From: Piromyces finnis finn
Lineage: Eukaryota; Fungi; Neocallimastigomycota
Direction: 5' to 3'
NCBI GenBank assembly: GCA_002104945.1
Contig: MCFH01000003.1
Location: 806,001 to 870,000 of the forward strand
DNA length: 64,000 nucleotides
Shown here: positions 1 through 19,200 of the stretch, piece after piece
Position numbering within the stretch: the first letter of the stretch is position 1
Layout of the letters: each line of letters starts with the position of its first letter
Made by a program: the position numbers and the translations under genes
Notes under the pieces: model-generated
What the model was told of the DNA's origin: nothing
The model's input: the letters and a program-made list of their open reading frames with translations, nothing else
Database searches by the model: none

Positions 1-325
1 AAATGATAAAATAGAGAAATAAAAAATTTTTTTTTGATTATTTATAATTAAATAATTATAGATATAATTATTATTTATTTATTTACTTTAGTGTATAATG
101 TGTATGTGTGTGTGGAGGTGCACGATATTATGTGTAAAAGGATTTCTTTTTTTTTTTTAACATTAAAAAAAATTTAGACTTTTTTTTTTCCTTTTCATTT
201 TATTTTTAAACAGAATTTAATTATTTACTTATAATAAAAAAGTTGATTTTTTTTTTTACAATGAAGCTTTAATATTTATAGATATTTATATATTTATATA
301 ATACTACTATTTCTTTTTTTTTTTT

Positions 326-3140
326 TTAATAATAGTTGTTGTTGTTATTGTTATAATTGTTATTATTATTGTTATAGTTGTTGTTGTTGTTATTATTATA
401 ATTGTTATTATTATTGTCATAGTTGTTGTTGTTATAATTGTTATAGTTGTTATTATTATTGTTATAGTTGTTGTTATTGTTATAATTGTTATAGTTGTTA
501 TTATTATTGTCATAGTTGTTGTTGTTGTTATAATTGTTGTTATTGTTGTTGTTGTTATTATCACTAATTTGAATACATTGATGATAATAATCATTATATA
601 CTTTACATACAAAGCCTTCTACACAACATGTAGGTCCTTGATAGCCTATACCACCGCATTGGTTAAATGCACTAACACAATTACTAGGTGAAGGTGTAGT
701 GGTGGTTGTGGTAGTGGTAAAAGTAATAGATGTTGAAGATGGTGTTAAAATTGTTGTGGTTGTTCTAAGAGTTTTAGTAGTTGTAATAATAGGAATGGTT
801 TTAGTGGTGAGAACTGTTGCAGATGGTGTTGGAATTGGTGTGGACGTGGTAATTATTGTAGTAGTTGTTGAAAGAGTTTTCGTTGTTGTAATGATAGGAA
901 CGGGTTTAGTAGTAGAAGTTATAGTAATAGTAGAGGTAATGGTAGTAATTGGACTGGCTGATGTAACGGTGGTAGTGGTTGTTGTTGGTAATGTAGATGT
1001 AGTGGTGGTAGTGGTGGTGGTGGTAGTAGTGGTGGTAGTAGTTTCAATGTCAGATGTAGTAATATCAATTGTTGTTGTTGGTTCTTCTTCAATGGTGGTA
1101 GATTCTTCAAGAGTGGTGGTGGTGGTAGTAGGTTCTTCCTCCAAGGTTGTTGTGGTAATGGTATCTTTAATAATACCACACCAATCACCATTTTCAACAC
1201 CCCAATCACCATCACTGTCAGTATAGGCAACTTCAGTTGTTTGGGTACAACATGGATAACCTTGGACTTCTGACCAACATTCTATTGGATTCTCTGGATC
1301 TTCAATAGGATTGATTTCCTTTTCAAAAATGTATGGACCATCCGAGACTTCCATGGAATCTACTTCATAAATCGTAATAGAAAGCATTGTAGTGGTATCC
1401 GTTGTGTTAAAATCCAATACACCAAAAGTGGAACTATACGTTTGATTATACCTATAAACATAATCTCTATTAGGATTAGAGGAGAATCCATAAAGTTTAC
1501 TACCAGTGGAACAATTAGAAGTGATATACAATGTACCATTGACATTTTTATTTACTTCTTCCTTTTTAATGGAAGATACGCCGTAATAACCTTCCATTTG
1601 ATCATTATCCGTACCCTTATAATGAATAAAATTAGAAACGGTGTAAACATGATCATGACCATTAAGTACCAAATCAAAATGATAATGATCCATTAAACGG
1701 GTAAGACATGGACGTAACTTTGAGGTAATATCGGTATCTGATGAATGTGTACTACCATTGCCATAAATATCATGATGGAACATGGCAATACGCCAATTGG
1801 CCTCTGGATACTTGGTGAGGGCTTCCTTAATGACGGTTTCAAAATCGGTACAATCAGAATAGTTGGTTTCGAGAACAACCACAACGACATTATTATATTT
1901 GAAATAATAACTATAACCAGGAATAAATCCTTCCCATCGACTACCCTTCCAACTGTCCTTATAGGATGGGTTGGTAAAGGAATTAGGGGTATTGAAATGA
2001 TTTCTATAGTTTACAGTAAGAGAATCATGATTACCAATGGCGGTTGCTGAAGGAAATTGTTTCAATAATTCTGGAAGAAGGAAAGCAGAATATTGGGTTT
2101 CTTGTTCAAGATAATTGGCTTCAGACCAATCATCTGCCATAGTTTCTGCTTGATCCCCAGCAGATAATAATAAACTTGGTTCATTTCCGGCAATCTTAAA
2201 TGAATTTACAATGGTCATGTTCCAGTTGAAGGCATCATTTCGAATAGCTTCCTCCATAACAAATTTTTTACTTTTACCGCCAGGTCGAAAAGCAAAACGA
2301 TTTTTGGAACCACCAATTTGAGGATCACCAACAAAAATAAATTTAAATTTTTTGGAATCATGGGTTTTAAATTCAATAAGATCTTCCTCCCATTGTCCAT
2401 TTAATTTTCTTTTGTAGTAATAAACGGAATTACGATCTAAATTGGTAACACTAACTTTGTTAGAATAGTATTGAATACCTTGTAATTCGTAATGCTTTTC
2501 ATTGGTACCAGTGAATTCTTCACAATTGCTTAAATCTTCACTGGTACACCAATAAATTACAGGTTTATCTTCTGTAGTAGAATACCAACCAAAATTAACT
2601 TGGGATTCATCCTCTCCAACAAACACGGAAAGACGTTCAAAATTATTTTTATATTCATTATCCCATTTCTTTTGGAAGTCATTCCATTCCTTTCTAGTTT
2701 CATCTTTCAATTCACGATCATTCCAATTGGGCTTACTTTTTCTTATACCACACCATATTGAATTTCCATTTTCATCCGTTGTTATACCCCTTTAATTTAT
2801 TAATATTATTATTGGTGTTGTTGTTGTTTTAGTATTGATGGTGTTATTATAAATGTTGTTGTTGTTGTTGTATAGTATTGATAAGTGTTGTTTTTAATGT
2901 TGATGTCGTTAATGATGAATGATGTTTAAAAAAAATTATATATATATAAAAATATTTTAAAAAATATTAAATTAATAATATAAAATTTACAATCTATTTA
3001 AAATTTAAAATAAAATTTATAATTTGATAATTTAAATGTGATAGGAATGAATATTTACCAGTTACCATCTTGATCCTTGGAGTAGATTTCTTTATTTTTG
3101 TTACAACATGGAATTGCTATAAATATATTTGTATATTTTT

Positions 3141-3171
<31 letters not shown>

Positions 3172-4032
3172 TTATTAAGTTTTACTATTTTTTTTTTTTA
3201 TTATTAATGACGACTAGAAATAAATTATTTACATAAAGCTAAGGACCAGCATTCCCCGTTAGGAATACCACATTTTATTCCATAATCATCTTCATACCTA
3301 TATTAGTATATATAAAAATATATGGATTAACATATTAAATATATGTCTTTTTTGTATAATATTGGTATTATTTTTAATTTTTATTTATTTCTTACCAGTC
3401 ACCATTTTCATCAAATACATTAGCTACTTCACCATTTTTACAACTATTATTATTAATAAATTAAATTATAAAGGTATTAATGAACTATAAATTTTTATCT
3501 TTATTAAAAGTAACAAAAAAAGTGTTGAATAATTAAATATTTAATTATATATATATACCAAGGAAGATTATATTTATTTGCCCAACAAGCTTCTTCTTCT
3601 TCTTCCTTATTTCCTTCTTCTTCTTTTTTTAGTATTCCACACCAATTTTCATTATAAATTCCCCTAAAAATTATTTAATAGATAAATTATTTATTAAAAA
3701 AAAATAAATATATTTTCTTAAAAGTAAGTGAAAAAGAAAAAAAATTAGATTTTTACCAATCTCCATCATCATCAGTGGTAATTATAGTAGTATCTTCAGG
3801 ACAACTGAAGATAAAATATATAATTGATATTATTTTTAGGATTTTCCCATTATAAAGTTTATTATTTAATATCGTTTAAACTAAATTATATGTATAAAAT
3901 ACAATTTAATATTTTTATTTAAATTTACCATGGATAACCAAGTTTTATTGACCAACAATTTGAATTGACTTCCTCAGCTTTTATTTTTGTTAAGCTTAAT
4001 AATAATGATATACCAAATAATATATATTTCAT
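326..4032 (-). CDS. Secreted purple-acid-phosphatase-like metallophosphoesterase: signal peptide, 3 N-terminal fungal dockerins, catalytic domain, 4th dockerin, Thr-rich linker, CBM1, Asn/Tyr-rich tail (7 exons, ~963 aa)
   Basis: Hand-spliced exons 4032-3929, 3804-3757, 3663-3559, 3443-3396, 3297-3233, 3116-3059, 2789-326 (all GT-AG, total 2892 nt, in frame). N-terminus [19 protein letters not shown]. Dockerins [78 protein letters not shown] and [24 protein letters not shown]. Calcineurin-like motifs GDPQ, AGDQAE, GNHD, FHH, GHDH. CBM1 [35 protein letters not shown]. Confidence 0.9.
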
Positions 4033-7000
4033 TTTTTCTTTTTTTTTCTTTTCTTTATTAAAAGTTGTATCTTTTAAATACTAAAAATAAAATAAAAAAA
4101 AAAAAACAACAAAAAACAAAATAATAATATTAATATTAATAATAATAATAATACTATTATTTTTATTTTTCTATTATATATATATAATATGAAGACTTTT
4201 TCTTAAAAAAATTTCTTTTTTAATTATTCTATTCTTTATACAATTATATTGAATTTTAATTAATTTTCTTTTTTTATCATTTAAATTGAATTTGTTTTAT
4301 ATAAAAAAATGGTTAAAAAATATTCTTTCAAAGATATATTTTTAAATTAGTTTCAAACTTTTGTTTAAATGATACTTTATTTTTTATTTGATATTTGTTG
4401 AATAAATTTTATTTTCTTATGCTTGCTAAGAAAATTGACTTTTTTTGAATACAATTCAAAATTGAATATATTGAATATTATTAACAAATATCAATGTATT
4501 GAGAAAAGAATGTTAATGTTAATTTTTTTTTTTTTTTTTTAATTATTCTTTTTCTCACTTTTTTTTTAAAAAATTATAATTTGGTATTCATTTGAAATTA
4601 TAAAAAAAAAAAAAGTTTTTTTTTTGCCTGAATTCTTTAAATATTTATATCTTTTTTTTTTTTAATTAAAAATTTTTAGGGTTAACTTTTTTTAGTTGGT
4701 GGTTTTTCTTTGGTTCAACAATAGTAAAAAATTAAATTAAAAACTGAAAATATTATTTTTTTTTTTTTTTTTTTTGAATGAAAAACGCTTTTTAGATGTT
4801 AACGATTTATGTAAAAACTTTGTATTCATTGCTTTTTTGATGATGGAATGTTAATGAAAGAAAAAAAAAGTTTATTCTAATAATGAATATAAATACAATT
4901 ATGAATGAATCTTTTTTTTTTTTTTTTTTTAATCTCTTATTTACTATTATTCTAAATTATCACACTTGAAGAGAAAAAAAAAGAAATTCTATCATTACAT
5001 TTCTTTCTAAATAAAAAAACTTATTCAATTTTCTCTCTTTCTTTTAACTTTTCTAATTCTTTTGTAGTCATTCTTTTCCTTCAACTTTCTTATAAACTTT
5101 TTCTTCTTCTTCTCTCCAAAAAAAACCAACCAACCTTTCAAATAAAAAAAAAGAAAATTTCATTTTAAAATTAAACTTTAATTATAAATTGTTACACAAA
5201 ACTTTAATTATTATAAAAATATTTTTAATTAAAATTTTAATTAATGTCAAAAAAAAAGATTTTCAAAAATGCATTTTATAATTAAATATTATTATTATTC
5301 TTTATTAATTATAATAATAATAAAAAAAAAGAATTACTCATTATTATAGCTTTTATTTTTTAAAAAAAATAAAATGATGTATTGATGATCAATAAAAAGA
5401 AAATGTGAAAAAAAGGTAAATATTGATAGTAAGCAATAATAAATTTTAATAAATAATAAAAAAAAATAATAATTCTTATTATTATTTATTATTTATTATT
5501 TATTATTGTAATTAAAAAAAGGGGAATGATTTAATTTATCATAATTTTTTAATTTTAATTCCTAGATATTTATTTAATTATATAATTATTTATTCATTTA
5601 GTTTTATAGATATTTATTTAAGTATTCATTAATATATCAATGAATCTATTGGCTATAAAAAAAGGAAGGATTAAAAAAGTCATGAAACATTTCATAAAAA
5701 AATTTGAACCAAAATTTAGGATTCAACCAATAATTAAATAGGAATTATTAAAAAATATACTGATTTATTAATAAATAAAGTTTGGTATCACAAAATGATG
5801 TCATCCATTTTATTAAAAAACAATAAAGAAAAGTTGAAAGGAGAAAATGTGACAAGTGCATAAGTGAAGGTGGTGGTGAAAGATGTGGTAGGTTGTGAAA
5901 GGTTGTAAAAGAGAGAAAGTGAAATAAAAAACCTTTTTTATGATGAAATGAAAGATAATCTTTTTTATTATTATTATAATACTTTTATAGTGAGTTTGTA
6001 AAGAATCTATTTACTACCATTTGATTTTTTTTTATTTTTTAAAAAATGAAGCGTATACAAACATAAAAAGGTCAATAGATCAATATATGTCAATATATGT
6101 TAATATATACATACACAGCATTGCTCTATTAACCCATGCTTTTTTTTTTTAAATTGTACATTTTATTAATGTATTTTAGTTTTAGGCAGATGACTTTTTT
6201 TACTAATAATTTATACATGTTTTATCGTGTTTTATGTGTTTGACATGAATAGAAAAGGCAAAATCTATAATAAAATATATATAATAATTAAAAGAAATAA
6301 ATGAATCACACAAAGAAAAAACTAATACAATAACATCCCTCTTGATAAGAATTGGACCTTTATTAATAATGTTTCATGAATTGCATATTAAAAAGAAGAA
6401 AAAAGGATAGATTTACATAAACCAATTTTCATGTTTATATAATATAGGTTTATATGGTTAGAATACTCTTTTTTTTTTTTTTTTAAATTGTAGAAATGTA
6501 ACAAATTTTTTTTTATTTTACTTTGCCTTTTTTTAAATACTTTTTTTTTTTTGAACTACTAGTTTTATATAATATATATCAAATGTAATGGATTAGGAGA
6601 TATAAAGGTGTATTATATAAACGTTTCAATTATATTTAAATGTTTAAACCCTACGAATTAACACTTTCTAACAATATGTTTTTTAAAGTTATTTTTTTGT
6701 AATACATTGTATTGTAATGTATTAATAGCTCACGTGTCTATTACTATATCAAGTCACATTCTATTGTATATATTTATTCAAATTTACATTAATTAATGTA
6801 AAATAATAAAAATACCTATTAATAATCAACATTTGTGTTGTCAATAGAGCAAACAATTCTGATGTTTAACTATCAATGTTTTTTATTTATTATCTCATTT
6901 TAGAACAATAAATAAATTCTATGTATTTTAATTTATAGCAATATTTATTTATAAACAATACAATAATATTTTTGTGTCAAAAAAATACACATCATAATCA

Positions 7001-7681
7001 TAAAAATATAATTAACCTATCAATATAAGAAAAAACTAACATAATTAGTATGTAGTTAATAAACCACAGAAAAAACTTATTAACCTCACATTGCAACTAA
7101 TCTATTATTAAAATATAAACATATACATATGTACACTTAGCAATCTTATTCTAGCTTATTTAATAGTTACTGCTTAGAATATAAGAAATATAAGAAATAA
7201 TTGTCAAATACATTGTAACATATTGCAATTGATTAAATATACAGACTACATTGTATTAAATTTACACTCTAGTAACTTTTTTAACTTTACAAAAAAGGAA
7301 TAAGAAAATTGATAGTCTTTGAAATTATAAAATATTTTAATTCAATATATTAATTCTTAATCTTATTGGTTAGATTCCATTTAAAATCATTTTAAATTTA
7401 AATTTAAAATTCCTTCTATGTATTTTTATAAATAATATTATTTGATCTTTGCATAGGATATGGTTAATTATGAACTTCTATTAGTTCAACTGTTTCATTG
7501 CTTTTCTTTTCTTTTCTTTTATTCCTATATAAAGTTTATTTTTCTTTTCATTTATATGTTTTATTTAATAAATCTTGTAAAATATTGTTTAGTTTTTTTT
7601 TTATTATAAAATAATTCATTCTTTTGCCAATAATTTTTAAAAATAAAACAACTTTAATGATAATCCTATAAATATATATAT

Positions 7682-7683
<2 letters not shown>

Positions 7684-7715
<32 letters not shown>

Positions 7716-8205
7716 TTCCGAGTGCATTTCTCCCATCGATCAGAGTTAGCTCCAATGGTGGTTCTTAGAGAAACGTTGGCTCATTCCTATTGCTAGGTGG
7801 TTGTGACCCTCCTGGTCTGTCATACTGTTTCTTCAGCTTCGACGCTCACTTAATTCATGTACATTAGATGCATGTCGTTGTACGATATTTCACAACTACA
7901 ATGCTAAGCCTCTTATAGTCAATTTGATCATGTGTCAACCGCCCCCTAATGTTTACACTTAAATTGATTAAGGAATATTATGTGTTTTTGGCATAGCCTA
8001 AGTCACCACTTATTAAGTTCTAATTTGGAATGTACCATGTACACTAGACCCTCTCAGGCCGGCTAGACGAGTGTTATTATCATAGTAGTAAATTAGAAAG
8101 TTCATTTATACTTTCCTGAATATCATAACCCAACCCATGGCAAACCCAGTGGGAAAATCCACAGGCACTGACATCTGCGGGGTCGAACCAGAAGCCTTAT
8201 GTATG
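7684..8205 (-). mobile_element. SINE-like non-autonomous retroposon (probable tRNA-derived head, LINE-derived 3' tail, poly(A))
   Basis: GC-richer non-coding island. T-run at 7684-7712 is a poly(A) tail on the minus strand. The head carries a Pol III B-box/T-arm-like GGTTCGACCCCGCAGATGTCA. Flanked by ATATATATAA at 7674-7683 and 8206-8215 (low-complexity candidate TSD). 39/44 nt match to the LINE 3' end at 59719-59762. Confidence 0.7.
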
Positions 8206-8864
8206 ATATATATAATATATATATTTTAAAATCATTAATAAAAGGTTATTATCTATTATTTTTTAAAACTTTATTTTTTTAATAAAAAATATTTTTATTT
8301 AAAATAGTTACTTTATCTTTTTTTAACACTATATTTTTGTAAGAAATGATTTGAATTTTAATAATTTCCCTAATATATTTTGGTGTAAAAAAAAACTACT
8401 AAAATTATAATTCTTTTAAAAAGAGGTTGTTAATTTACTAAATATTTATTCAATAAATTTGTTTATCTTTTTTACTATTTATATACACTTTTTCATTATT
8501 TAATTTATCCAAAAAACACAGAATTTTCATATAGTTAAGGAATATTTTTATATTAAAAGATAAAGAAATAAAAAAAAAAAAAAAAGACACCAAATATTGA
8601 GTATTTAAAATTATTATAAAAAAGAATGACAATAAAATATATAAATTAAAAATTATATATATATAAAAATAAGCATTATTGAATAAAAAATAGAAAAAAG
8701 ATTATATTTTAAAATAATAATATTGATTTGTTTCAATATTTAATAATATTTAAAATTTATATATAATAATAAAGTTATTTAAACCTTTATGTTTGAAAAA
8801 AAAAAATCAAATTTATTATCAAATTTTAGTTTCTTTTTTTTTTTCAAATGATGAATTATCAACA

Positions 8865-15624
<6,760 letters not shown>

Positions 15625-16295
15625 AAAAAAAGAAAAAATATGAAATACTTTATATCGATTTATAAAGTAAAAAATATATAAAAAAAAAGAAAATATAAAT
15701 ATAGTTCTATAAATTTAAAAGTAGTATTATTTATTCTTTTAATCCGTAAGCTTTAGAATTCTATTAAAATTAATTAAAGTAAGAAATAAAATTATAATAA
15801 AACAAAAAAAAATATTACTTTAAATTTTAATTATACATAATAACTTTCCTTTATAAAAATAACAAGATAACAAGAAAAAGATAATTTTACTATTAATTGT
15901 ATAGATTTATTTTTCCCTTTATAAAATTTAAAAAATAAAAAAAGAGAAATATATAAATATAAATGATAAATAAAGTTTTTTTAATTTTTACTAAAAATTA
16001 GATTTCTTTAAAAAAAAAAAAAAAGTTATTGAAAATTTAAAAAATAATTCTTGTATTATATTTATACGTTTTAAAAAATGAAAATTAAAATATTTTCAAT
16101 TTTTTAAATTCATATAACTTGGTACTTTTTTTTTTTTTTTTTTTGAATTTGATTAACAAAACTTTAAAAGCATTTTCAATTATTATTTAAAAAAATAATA
16201 ATAAAATAAAATATTATAAAAATCAAATCTATTATTCTATTACAAATTTTAGTTTTTCTTTTTTTTTTTTTTTTTCAAATGATGAATTATCAACA

Positions 16296-19200
16296 ATGTA
16301 TATAATATTAAAATTATTCTATTTATTTAGTTTTATTAGAATAATAAGGATTGTTAATGGTATCGATATTAATAATGAAAAAGATTTTGTAGAAAATATT
16401 AATAATAATAAAAAAGAACAAATTTTTAGGATTCATAATGAAATAATAATCAATGATAAGGATATTCTGTCACCATCGATAAAAAATATTACTATTATAG
16501 GATCCACGAAAGAAGAATCTATCATTAATTTTAAAAATAATGACTCAATTAATATATTATTTTCAAAGTATTGTCAATCCATTTTTTTAAAAGATATAAC
16601 GTTTATTGGCAATCTTCAATTCATTGATAATCAAAATATAACTTTTAATAATGTTAATTATAATGGATATTATATAGCGGAGCATACATATGAAGATGAA
16701 GATAATAACTCAGAAATTAAAGTATATGATTCGAATTTTATTCTACCAAATATACGTCAAGGTTATGAAATTAAAAATTGGAATATTGATATTTTTAGAT
16801 CTAATTTTTATGGAAACAATCAACATGAAATGTATATGATAAAATTTAAAAGTACACTAGAACAAAGTAATATATTAAAGATAGATCAAACATTTTTTGA
16901 TGGTAATTTCCATAATAGTGCTCTTCATTGTGACTACGGTAGTATCAATGTATATAATTCAACATTTCAAAAATGTTATAATGGAGATAACTTAAAAGGG
17001 TAAATTTTTTATTAATAAAGTGTAAATGTTAATTTAATATATTTCTATTTAATATATTAAAAATATTCTTGATATTAATATAATAATATAATGAAAACAG
17101 CAATAACGGCAATAATAATAATAATAATAAATAAATAAATAAATACATAAATAAATAAATAAAATAATAATTTATCTATATTCATTATATTATTATAATC
17201 ATGTATTAATATCTTACAATAGAGGGGGTGCAATATCATTTCTCAATACGATTAGCTTAATTCGTAATGTCACATTTGAAAACAATTATTCTGATTTCGC
17301 AGGTGGCTCTATACTTCATGAAAATGTTTATACTTCAAATATAGATTCGGTTAATTTTTATAATTCTTCTAGTTCTATTTCTGTAAGCATAAATTATACT
17401 TATATATTATTTATACATATTATTTGTTATATTATAATATAATTCATTATATTAAAATAATGATTAAACTAAAAGTTTATGCCATTTATTAATTAATAAG
17501 AAAAATAATACAATAATTAAAATTTGTTCAATGTATTAACCCAACTAATATGATTATATGTCATTAAAAACATTCTATTTTAATAATTCAGGGTAATACA
17601 TTTGCTACTATTAATAATAATCAATATAATTCAGAAATCGAATTAAGTAATATATATCAATATGGTAATTGTACAAACAATTATAATGTTGAGGGTTCAA
17701 TTTTTAGGTATTATATATATATAGATAGAAAAGTATATAAATAAATTGATAGGTATATAATATAAAAAAGGTTATCAATAAGAAAATTAAAGGTTTATTT
17801 AAAAAATAATAATTTCAAATTATAAATATATTATTTACCAAAACTACTATAATTAAAAAATTAAATTCAAGTTCATCTGGATCCAATATTATTACTATGG
17901 ATAACTATCATGGTAAAAATTTATGCTATGGTGATGCGATTAATGTTGAAGGTGATGGGAAAATAAAATTAAGGTAATTATTTTTTTAAAAAAAAAAAAA
18001 GGAGAAAACATATATTTAATTTAAAAAATAATATTCAATATCATTAATGATAATAATTTAATATTATATAAAAATAAAGTAACTTTTTTGCCGAAGACAT
18101 TTATTATAAATTTGAAAATTCTTTCATAAAAACACATAGTCCTCAGACAAAGGGTCCCGATATTTCTATAATGAATTGTTTAATTAAAAATATATATCAA
18201 AATTATAATTTTTATTCTGCAGCTTTAACTACTATAAACATGGGAACAATAAGATTTGAATTGTACATACTAAATATAACAACCTCATAATGATTATACT
18301 CTTTTTTATTTTAAAAAAAAAATATTAATTATAATTCATCTTATATATTTAATATATAGATGTGATATAGATAATATTAATGGAGTTAAAATAGGGTATG
18401 TAAACATACTGTATTGTTATTGTTGTTATTATTTCGGTGTGTTGTGTGTTTTATTAAAATAAATTATTAAAAAATTATTTTTACATGAAAGACTCACATC
18501 CCAGGAAAATCAAGCAATAATTAAAATAACAGCTTCAAAAATAAATAATATAAATTCAATATATCCAGAACCAATTTTTTATTCAAAAAATTATCATGAA
18601 TATTTTGAAGATGGTTTGAAATTATTTATTAACTTTATATATATATATTTATATATATTTTAAATAAATTAATATATTTTTTATTATAAACATCATTATA
18701 TATGTATATATATCTATACATATATTCCATTATCAATTTTAAAATAGCTGGCTTATGTATTCAAAATGTTATATTAAGTAATGTTTTTCAAGACGGAGGT
18801 ATTATAAAAAAAATAAATTAAAATAAAAACAAAATATATAAATATATATAGTTTTTTATTCACTCCCTTTTTTTATTATCATTATTAAAATTATAAAATA
18901 TTTTAAAAAAAAAAGTTATCTTTCATTCAAGTAATCTACTTATTTATTTATACCAAGTTACAGTAAGTACATATAGATTAATAGTTGTATTTTCTACATA
19001 TATTTAATAATGATATTTACATATATCATACAAATCATTATCATTATTATTATTATTTTATATTTATTTTTGAAAAAGTTTTACAATATACATGAATGCT
19101 ATAAATATAATAATTGTAATGCATTTGATGATAGTACTATAGATTCATATGACTCAGCTATCCTTCATCATTCATCAGAAGTATATTTGTATATGAACTA

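Noticed and set aside
699-1226. Val-rich plus-strand ORF (likewise 34211-34744 and 41061-41750)
   Set aside because: Antisense shadows of Thr-rich or acidic coding regions on the minus strand.
8170-8192. Intact tRNA gene
   Set aside because: Only a B-box/T-arm and acceptor-3' fragment is present; there is no D-arm, A-box or anticodon stem, so it is treated as a SINE head.
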